From Treponemataceae bacterium (GTDB lineage Bacteria > Spirochaetota > Spirochaetia > Treponematales > Rectinemataceae), in the NCBI GenBank assembly GCA_963667725.2, contig CAXXHO010000005.1, positions 181,819 through 205,818 of the forward strand: 24,000 nt of DNA, in the 5' to 3' direction. Every line of letters begins with the position of its first letter. Positions within the stretch are counted from its first letter, which is position 1. The notes under the pieces were generated by a model that had not been told where the DNA came from, made no database searches, and saw only the letters and a list, made by a program, of their open reading frames with translations. The position numbers and the translations under genes were made by a program. Below, in pieces: positions 16,140 through 23,238 of this stretch.

Positions 16140-17405
16140 ATGGAACCTAAATCGATACGAAACGGCGGTAAAATCGCCGCGCAGCTGATGGTCGGCCCCG
16201 AACAGCTGGCCTATTTCGGCGAAGCCGGAATACTGGCATGTCTGGACTATGCGCTCGATGTCCTCGCTCCCCGGGAGCTGATTCTTTCCATAACCGATTC
16301 ATCGAGCGACCTGGCTCGAAAGATCACGGAGCGCTGTGACAAGGTGGGTACAAGGGTTTCTCTATGGGTGATGGTTTTCGCCGACCGCCCCGCCGGCCTG
16401 TCTTCTTTTCCCCATGTCCAGGACGCTGAAGGCAGGACGGGATACGGCGCCACCGGCGCCTGGGAGAATATCGGAAAGGGCGACGAAAAGTTCCTATTCT
16501 ATTGTCCCAGCGCCCTGGATAAGGACGAGAAAGGCATAGAATCCGCGCTTCGGGCGGCGAAATCCATTGGCGCGCGGGGCATCTTCCTCGACCGGATACG
16601 ATACCCCTCCCCCGCCAACGGCTTCGAATTCATGAGCGCCTGTTCCTGCCCCCTATGCAGGGAAGCCTTTCGCGCCTGGAGCGGCGAAAAATGGCCAGAC
16701 CTAGCTTCGCTCTTTGTCCGGCATGCGGCTCATGGCGTCGGCGGCCCTCAAGCCTTCGTCGAGAGCGCCGAGAAAGTACTTCAATTCCGCTCGCGGATGG
16801 TCAATAACGCGGTGGCGCGTTACGCCGATGCCGCTCACGCGGAGGGCCTCAGCGTCGGTCTGGATCTCTTCGCGCCCGCGTTGGCCGGTTTCGTCGGCCA
16901 AGATTATCATTCACTGTCGCGCCACGCGGATTTCATGAAACCGATGCTCTACTGCAAAGCCTGGGCGCCGGCAGGCATGCCCCTGGAATTTTTCCTTTTA
17001 ATGAAGGGGCTTGAAGAATCAGGCATCGACGCATCAACAGCCGTAAGCTTCGTTTCCAAGTTCTCCGGAATAGACCGAGAATACCTGGATGCCGTGCGCC
17101 GGAAAGGAAATTTCCCGGCTTCGCTCGCCGCATCAGAACTGCTCCGCTGTCAGCGGGAAATAGATCCCGCAGCGGCTCCAAAACCAGAAATCTACGCGGG
17201 CATCGAGCTGGTTCAGCACGAAGCCTACGATACTCAAATCGACGACGGTGTACGCGACTCGTACCTGGAAAGCCTCTCGGGCCAAAACATCGCCGTATGC
17301 TGGAATATATTGTACGTGCCCAAGCGGCATATCGAGGCGATAGCCTCGATGGACGCTATCGCGTCGATCGACGCGATTTCACCGCATCACGAGGACTCTA
17401 AATGA
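16140..17405 (+). CDS. Uncharacterised cytoplasmic protein, possibly a glycoside-hydrolase-like (beta/alpha)8 barrel
   Basis: The real start is the ATG at 16140 inside ORF 15798..17405 (421 aa). There is no signal peptide and no TM segments. ARGIFLDRIRYPSPANGFEFMSACSCPLCREAF resembles the G-x-x-x-D-Y-I-R-F/Y-P strand-4 block of DUF4015/GHL-type putative glycosidases, followed by a CxCxxC cluster. Its stop overlaps the ATPase start (ATGA at 17402). The function call is weak. Confidence 0.75.
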   Translation: MEPKSIRNGGKIAAQLMVGPEQLAYFGEAGILACLDYALDVLAPRELILSITDSSSDLARKITERCDKVGTRVSLWVMVFADRPAGLSSFPHVQDAEGRTGYGATGAWENIGKGDEKFLFYCPSALDKDEKGIESALRAAKSIGARGIFLDRIRYPSPANGFEFMSACSCPLCREAFRAWSGEKWPDLASLFVRHAAHGVGGPQAFVESAEKVLQFRSRMVNNAVARYADAAHAEGLSVGLDLFAPALAGFVGQDYHSLSRHADFMKPMLYCKAWAPAGMPLEFFLLMKGLEESGIDASTAVSFVSKFSGIDREYLDAVRRKGNFPASLAASELLRCQREIDPAAAPKPEIYAGIELVQHEAYDTQIDDGVRDSYLESLSGQNIAVCWNILYVPKRHIEAIASMDAIASIDAISPHHEDSK

Positions 17406-18946
17406 ACATTCAAGAAAATTTGCGAACGCCAGAGGGCGGAAATGCGGCTGCCCCTCCCGTCATTCTCGCGATGAAGAACATTTCAAAAAGCTTCCTGGGC
17501 GTCCGGGTATTGGACAACGTCGATTTCTATCTCAGAAAAGGCGAAGTCGTCGCTTTTCTCGGCGCCAACGGAGCGGGAAAATCGACGCTCATGAAGATTC
17601 TCTCCGGCGTCTATAACGCGGACAGCGGCCAGATATTCCTTCACGACAAACCGGTTCAATTCAGCAAACCGATCCATGCCTACAGGGCGGGAATCAGCGT
17701 CGTGCACCAGGAATCGAGCCTCATTCCCACCCTGACCATCATCGAAAATCTATTTCTCGGCCGTGAATCCACAAAGGGTTCGGGGATACTGAACGGCAAG
17801 CTCATGCAAGCTGAATACGAAAAGCTCTGCGAACGTTTCGATTTGGATATTCCCTCCGCGACGAAGGTACGCGATCTCAGCCCCGCGCAGAAAAAAATGG
17901 CCGAGATAATGAAGGCGGTGTCGCGCAACTGCAGCATCATCATAATGGATGAGCCCACCGACGCTCTCAGCTCCCAGGAAACCGCCCTCCTGTTCAAAAC
18001 CGTCGGTGACCTTAGGCGCGAGGGCATGAGCATCGTTTTCATAACGCATTTTCTGGACGAAGTAAAAAGCATCGCCGACAGCGCGACGGTGATCCGCGAC
18101 GGGAAAATAGTCGCCGAGCGCGTCTCGCCTCTTCTGCCGATCAAGGAAATAGTCACCTTGATGCTCGGCAAGGAAGTGGCGGAACGAAAACCCTTCGTAA
18201 GGGCTCATGGCGAAAAGGAAGAGCTGGTGGTAAAGAACCTCGGCCGCCGCGCCGAATTTTCGGATATTTCATTCGAACTTCACGCGGGCGAAGTGCTCGG
18301 AATCGCCGGCGTCGTGGGATCGGGCAAGACGGAACTGGCGAGGACACTCTCAGGCGCATCGGTCAGCCACAGCGGTTCCATGACACTGGAGAACAGACCG
18401 ATACAGCTCCGTTCCCCATACGATGGGGTCAAGCATGGTATCGGCATGGCGCCGGAAGACCGTAAAACGCAGGGACTGATCCTCGACCATGACATTCAAG
18501 GCAATATTTCCCTTTCATCCCTGCCCAGCATCGTCAAGTTCGGATGCATCAACGCAAAAAAGGAAAAAAGCCGTACGATGTCTGTGGCCGCCCAACTTTC
18601 GATAAAGTTCGCCAGCCTTGATCAGCGGGTAAAATTCCTGAGCGGCGGCAACCAGCAGAAATGCGTTCTGGCTCGATGGCTGCTGGCCTCCCCGAAGGTT
18701 CTTATTCTGGATGAGCCCACGCGCGGCATCGATGTCGCCACGAAGGAACAGATCTACGCGACGGTGCGCGATCTCGCGTCGAAAGGAAAATCCATCATCT
18801 ATTTCTCTGGAGATCCCGCCGAACTCCTTGTGGTCTCCGACAGGGTGTTGGTTATGCAAAAAGGGAAGATCAAGCGTTCTTACGCGATTCCGCCATCTGA
18901 AGATATACTACTAAAAGATATGATTGAGGTGAACAATGAGCGGTAA
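17402..18946 (+). CDS. Sugar ABC transporter ATP-binding protein with tandem NBDs (CUT2, RbsA/MglA-like)
   Basis: 514 aa. NBD1 has GANGAGKST, AGISVVHQESSLIPTLTIIENLFLGR, LSPAQKKMAEI, IIIMDEPTDALS and FITH. NBD2 has GVVGSGKTELA, LSGGNQQKCVLARWL and LILDEPTRGIDV. Confidence 0.95.
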   Translation: MNIQENLRTPEGGNAAAPPVILAMKNISKSFLGVRVLDNVDFYLRKGEVVAFLGANGAGKSTLMKILSGVYNADSGQIFLHDKPVQFSKPIHAYRAGISVVHQESSLIPTLTIIENLFLGRESTKGSGILNGKLMQAEYEKLCERFDLDIPSATKVRDLSPAQKKMAEIMKAVSRNCSIIIMDEPTDALSSQETALLFKTVGDLRREGMSIVFITHFLDEVKSIADSATVIRDGKIVAERVSPLLPIKEIVTLMLGKEVAERKPFVRAHGEKEELVVKNLGRRAEFSDISFELHAGEVLGIAGVVGSGKTELARTLSGASVSHSGSMTLENRPIQLRSPYDGVKHGIGMAPEDRKTQGLILDHDIQGNISLSSLPSIVKFGCINAKKEKSRTMSVAAQLSIKFASLDQRVKFLSGGNQQKCVLARWLLASPKVLILDEPTRGIDVATKEQIYATVRDLASKGKSIIYFSGDPAELLVVSDRVLVMQKGKIKRSYAIPPSEDILLKDMIEVNNER

Positions 18947-19946
18947 CAATATCGATGCTAAGGCAGCGGCAACCATTCAAGCGGGCGGTATGGATGCCTC
19001 AAAGAAGAGGGGGCAGTACTACAAAGAAATTTTAAAACGCTACGGCCTGCTCATCAGCTTCTTTGTGCTCTCGCTGGGGATATCCCTGCTGACGCCCAAC
19101 TTCCTCTCCTCCAGGAACCTGCTCAACATCCTCAGGCAGAGTACGATCGTCGGCATCATGGCCATAGGCACCACCTTCGTCATCATCGGTGGCGGATTCG
19201 ATATCTCGGTCGGATCGGTGCTTGCCTTGTCCGCGGCGTTGGCGCTCGGGCTCCAAGGCTCGATGCACTGGGCCTTGGCCGCCACGATCGCTATCCTCGC
19301 CGGCGCGCTGATAGGTCTCTTCAATGGTATTCTCGCCGCGAAGATTCACATCGTTCCCATGATTGCGACGTTGGGTACCTCCACCATCGTACGCGGCCTC
19401 GTCTACCTCTATACCGGCGGCTACCCCATCAACGGTCAGCAGCCAGCCTTCGAGGTGATCGGCTCCGGCTATCTGTGGGGCATCCCCGTACCCGTCATCA
19501 TAATGATCGCGCTTGTCGTCATTTTTCAATTCATTCTCTCCAAGACGCAGCTCGGCCGCTACTGCTGCGCCGTCGGCGGCAACAAGGAAGCGACGAGGCT
19601 CGCCGGCGTCTCCGTGGACTTCTACCACGTCATGACTTTCCTCATCGGCGGTCTCATGGCGGGCATCTCGGGCGTCGTCTATGCGTCGCGGCTTTCGTCG
19701 GCCACGCCCCTAGCGGGGCAGAATTACGACATGGACGCCATCGCGGCGGTGGTCATCGGCGGCACATCGGTTTCAGGCGGCGAAGGCACGGTTCTCGGCG
19801 CCATGATAGGCGTCCTTCTTCTCACCGTCGTCACCAACGCCTTCAATCTCCTCGGCGTGCCGGTCTTCATCCAGTACGTCATAAAGGGCCTGATCATCCT
19901 GGTCGTCGTGGGCATCGACTCCTACTCCAAGAAGAGGCCCCGCTAA
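18936..19946 (+). CDS. Sugar ABC transporter permease (RbsC/BPD_transp_2 family)
   Basis: 336 aa. It overlaps the ATPase stop by 11 nt and has ~10 hydrophobic segments. Family blocks include NLLNILRQSTIVGIMAIGTTFVIIGGGFDISVGS, TLGTSTIVRGL, GGNKEATRLAGV and DAIAAVVIGGTSVSGGEGTV. Confidence 0.9.
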   Translation: MSGNNIDAKAAATIQAGGMDASKKRGQYYKEILKRYGLLISFFVLSLGISLLTPNFLSSRNLLNILRQSTIVGIMAIGTTFVIIGGGFDISVGSVLALSAALALGLQGSMHWALAATIAILAGALIGLFNGILAAKIHIVPMIATLGTSTIVRGLVYLYTGGYPINGQQPAFEVIGSGYLWGIPVPVIIMIALVVIFQFILSKTQLGRYCCAVGGNKEATRLAGVSVDFYHVMTFLIGGLMAGISGVVYASRLSSATPLAGQNYDMDAIAAVVIGGTSVSGGEGTVLGAMIGVLLLTVVTNAFNLLGVPVFIQYVIKGLIILVVVGIDSYSKKRPR

Positions 19947-19997
19947 GCGATTCGCCTTTGTCCTTTCGAGCCAAATGGTATACACTGGCGGCACGGT

Positions 19998-21377
19998 ATG
20001 AAAACGAAGGTACTTATCGTCGACGACGAGCAGCCCATGAGGGCTTCGCTCGGCGAACTCTTGCAGAGTGAAGGCTACCAGACGATGTTGGCGGACGGCG
20101 CATCTTCCGCGCTCGAACAGACCAGCGACGGCCATCCCGACATAGCCATCGTGGACGTGCGCATGCCGGGCCGCGGCGGCCTAGACCTCATCCAGGAGCT
20201 CCGCGATATATCCCCCAACCTCAGGATTTTCATGATGACAGGCTACCCGTCCGTGGAAACCGCGGTGTTGGCCATGAAATACGGCGCAATGGACTTTTTC
20301 ACCAAGCCGCTGGATTTCAGGAAGCTGCGTGACCAGCTGAATCAATGCAAAATGGCAGGCGCCAATCAGCAGCCGGAAACGCCCAATCATGCCGTCGGCG
20401 CCCTCTACGGAGAAAGCCTGGTCATTCGCGAACTGCGGGAATCGATCGAGCGCATCGCCCCCACGGAAGCCTCCGTCATCATCACGGGCGAAAGCGGCAC
20501 GGGAAAAGAATTAGTAGCCGAAGCCATACACAGCCAATCACTGCGTTCCGCCCATCCTTTCATGAAGATCAACTGCGCGGCGATACCTGACACACTTCTC
20601 GAAAGCGAGCTGTTCGGCTATGAAAAAGGTGCCTTCACGGGCGCTCTTGCCCGAAAAGCGGGGCTTTTCGAAAGCGCCAGTCAGGGCAGCGTCTTCCTCG
20701 ATGAAATCGGGGATATGGACATCCGCCTTCAGTCGAAACTCCTTCATATACTTCAGGGAGGGGAATTCCGCAGGTTGGGCGGCACAAAGGACCTCAACGC
20801 CAATACCCGGATCATATCGGCGACCAACCAGAACCTGCATACGCTCATCGAAAAAGGCATGTTCAGGGAAGACCTTTATTACCGGCTCTCGGTGATATGC
20901 ATCCAGACTCCCCCGCTTCGCGAGCATATAGAGGACATTCCCGCGCTCGCGAAACGCTTCGTCGCCGATTTTTCGCGTTCATACGGCAAGGAAGAACCCC
21001 TCATCGACGATGAGTTCCTGGCTATCCTCGAGGCGCAGCCCTGGCCCGGAAATGTCCGTGAGCTGAAAAACTGCATCGAGCGCGCCATCATCTTCTGTGA
21101 CGGTCGCCATCTCGGCACTCGCCATCTTCCGCAGCAGTACAAGATGGGAATTGGCAGAAATGTGGTCGTTTCCTGTCTCGATGAATCGAAGGAATCGGAT
21201 GCATCCCGGAATTCGATGAGCGAGGCGCGGCAGGACCTGGAACGCAGCATGATTCTTGAAGCGCTCGACAAGGCAAAGGGAAACAGGACGGAGGCCGCCA
21301 GGCTGCTTGGAATACCGCGACGAACCCTCTATAACAAGCTCGAAAGGCTTGGCATGGACGACGATGCAAGGTCTTGA
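19998..21377 (+). CDS. Sigma-54-dependent response regulator (NtrC family: REC, AAA+, Fis-type HTH)
   Basis: 459 aa. The REC domain reads VLIVDDEQPMR...IAIVDVRMPGRGGL...KPL. The AAA+ domain has GESGTGKELVAEAIH, the GAFTGA loop (EKGAFTGA), VFLDEIGDM and RVIS-type RIISATN. The C-terminal HTH is GNRTEAARLLGIPRRTLYNKLERLG. Confidence 0.95.
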   Translation: MKTKVLIVDDEQPMRASLGELLQSEGYQTMLADGASSALEQTSDGHPDIAIVDVRMPGRGGLDLIQELRDISPNLRIFMMTGYPSVETAVLAMKYGAMDFFTKPLDFRKLRDQLNQCKMAGANQQPETPNHAVGALYGESLVIRELRESIERIAPTEASVIITGESGTGKELVAEAIHSQSLRSAHPFMKINCAAIPDTLLESELFGYEKGAFTGALARKAGLFESASQGSVFLDEIGDMDIRLQSKLLHILQGGEFRRLGGTKDLNANTRIISATNQNLHTLIEKGMFREDLYYRLSVICIQTPPLREHIEDIPALAKRFVADFSRSYGKEEPLIDDEFLAILEAQPWPGNVRELKNCIERAIIFCDGRHLGTRHLPQQYKMGIGRNVVVSCLDESKESDASRNSMSEARQDLERSMILEALDKAKGNRTEAARLLGIPRRTLYNKLERLGMDDDARS

Positions 21378-23238
21378 GCTCCGTGGCGTCACGGCTTCCT
21401 ACAGGGAGACGATAGCCCTCGATGAGTTCAGCCTGATAGCGGCGAGCGGCGAAGTGCATGCCATCATCGGGGAACGCAGGGCGGGAAAATCATGTATCGT
21501 TTCCCTCCTCGAAGGAAAGATGACCCTCAATAAAGGCAAGATTCTCATCGATGGCATCCCCCTGGCGAAACGCAATCCAAAGATTATGGCCCAGGCTGGT
21601 ATTGGCGTTTTCCATCAAACGCAAAACATCATTCCCACACTTTTGCCCTGGGAAAACATCATGGCCGGGAGGATGCCCATCGGTTTTTCATCGGGCAACA
21701 AGCGCGATGAAACTGAGGCCTTTATCCTGACGCTCTGCGAAAAGTGGAGTCTCCGTCCAGATCTGCGCCTGCCTATGCATCGACTGACGAGAATAGAATC
21801 CACCGTTATCGAGCTTGGGCGAGCCTTGGCGTTCAATCCAAGGATCCTTATCCTGGATGAGCCTTCCGGTCGCTTTACCGCCGATGAGATGCAGGTCCTC
21901 TATTCCGTGCTGGCGGAAAGGCGGAGCGGCAATGAGGCAGTTCTCTATGCGGCCTCCAATGTCGACGAGGTGCTGAGGATCGCCGATATCATCTCGATTA
22001 TAAAAGCGGGGAAAATTGTGGAAACCCAGCCGGCAAGAAGCCTGGACCGAGAGGACATTGTCGATCTCGCCTATTCTTTCAACGAGTCGAGGGAAGAGCT
22101 GTTCAGCAAGAACATTCGCCTGTTGAAATACAAGAAGTACAATGAGGAAATAGTCTCCAATCTCCCGCTGGGAACGGTCTTTTTCGACGGGGAAGGCGAA
22201 ATATACCTTTCCAATCAATCAGCCTGCGACATTATCTGCACGGATCCAAAAACGTTGATTCCCGCGTCAAAGGCGGGAGAACCTGCTGCGGCGATTCCAC
22301 TTACCGCCTTGGCGCTGCGGAATGGTTTCGGCGATAAACGACTGGCGCTGATCATGGATTCCATAAGATCGGGAGTATCGGCGAAATGGAAACAGTGGCC
22401 GACGGCAAACGGCAGATTCGTCAACGTGATGACCTACCCCTTCCACGATAGTTTGAAGCAGCTATTCGGAACCATCCTCGTACTTCAGGACGTAACGGAA
22501 GAGAGGGCGACGCGGGACTATCTGGCAAGCCTTGACCGAACTTCGTCCATCGCCCAGCTGGCGACGGGCATAGTTCACGAAGTGAACAATCCTCTCGGCA
22601 TCATTTCCAACTATGTGGAACTCCTGCTCATGAAGACAAACGACGAGTATGCTCGTGAAAGGCTCGAAATTATCCGAAATGAAATAAAGCGAATTCATGG
22701 AAGCATGCTCAATCTCCTGTCCTTTTCGAGCGTCGATTCGTCAGCATTGAGCCCGCATGACATCAACGCGGTCATCAAGGATTCGCTTGTCCTGCTTGAA
22801 TACGAAGCGGAACGTCTCGGCATCAGCCTGGAAGCTGATATACCTAGCGAACCGGTGATGCTGCGCATAGATCCCGCCAGAATCAAACAAGTCCTGATCA
22901 ATCTCCTCATGAATGCGCTCGATGTTGCGGGACGATGTGGTTCCATAGTAGTCCGACTTCGAAAGCAGGCCGATAATAGCGCCCTCCTGCAGGTACAGGA
23001 CAGCGGCCCCGGCATCCCGCCCGCCAAGATCGCCAGTCTTTTCACGCCCTTCCTGAGCGAAAAAAGCGGAAGCGGACATGCCGGACTTGGTCTTTCAATC
23101 TGCAAGCATATAACGGAAGTCCATGGCGGCAGGATTTGGTGCGAAAGCGAACCGGGCAATACCGTCTTTTTCATTGAACTACCCTGCGAGGGACCAATGC
23201 AGGTAAAAGGACCGCATTATGCGCAGACCGCGAATTAA
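21364..23238 (+). CDS. Soluble sensor histidine kinase with an N-terminal ABC-ATPase-like (CUT2 NBD1-type, degenerate) domain, then PAS, HisKA and HATPase_c
   Basis: The start is the ATG at 21364 inside ORF 21256..23238 (624 aa); it overlaps the regulator stop by 14 nt. Residues 1-~235 are colinear with NBD1 of the ATPase at 17402. Examples: GEVHAIIGERRAGKS vs GEVVAFLGANGAGKS; AGIGVFHQTQNIIPTLLPWENIMAGR vs AGISVVHQESSLIPTLTIIENLFLGR; ILILDEPSGRFTADE vs IIIMDEPTDALSSQE. A PAS-like region spans aa ~255-385. The H-box is IVHEVNNPLGII, the N box LINLLMNALDV, G1 VQDSGPGIP and G2 GHAGLGLSI. I saw no hydrophobic TM segment. Confidence 0.9.
   Translation: MQGLELRGVTASYRETIALDEFSLIAASGEVHAIIGERRAGKSCIVSLLEGKMTLNKGKILIDGIPLAKRNPKIMAQAGIGVFHQTQNIIPTLLPWENIMAGRMPIGFSSGNKRDETEAFILTLCEKWSLRPDLRLPMHRLTRIESTVIELGRALAFNPRILILDEPSGRFTADEMQVLYSVLAERRSGNEAVLYAASNVDEVLRIADIISIIKAGKIVETQPARSLDREDIVDLAYSFNESREELFSKNIRLLKYKKYNEEIVSNLPLGTVFFDGEGEIYLSNQSACDIICTDPKTLIPASKAGEPAAAIPLTALALRNGFGDKRLALIMDSIRSGVSAKWKQWPTANGRFVNVMTYPFHDSLKQLFGTILVLQDVTEERATRDYLASLDRTSSIAQLATGIVHEVNNPLGIISNYVELLLMKTNDEYARERLEIIRNEIKRIHGSMLNLLSFSSVDSSALSPHDINAVIKDSLVLLEYEAERLGISLEADIPSEPVMLRIDPARIKQVLINLLMNALDVAGRCGSIVVRLRKQADNSALLQVQDSGPGIPPAKIASLFTPFLSEKSGSGHAGLGLSICKHITEVHGGRIWCESEPGNTVFFIELPCEGPMQVKGPHYAQTAN

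Noticed and set aside
21256-21363. 36-codon N-terminal extension of the NBD-kinase ORF
   Set aside because: It overlaps the HTH-encoding end of the sigma-54 regulator in another frame. NBD similarity begins right at the ATG at 21364 (MQGLELRGV...).
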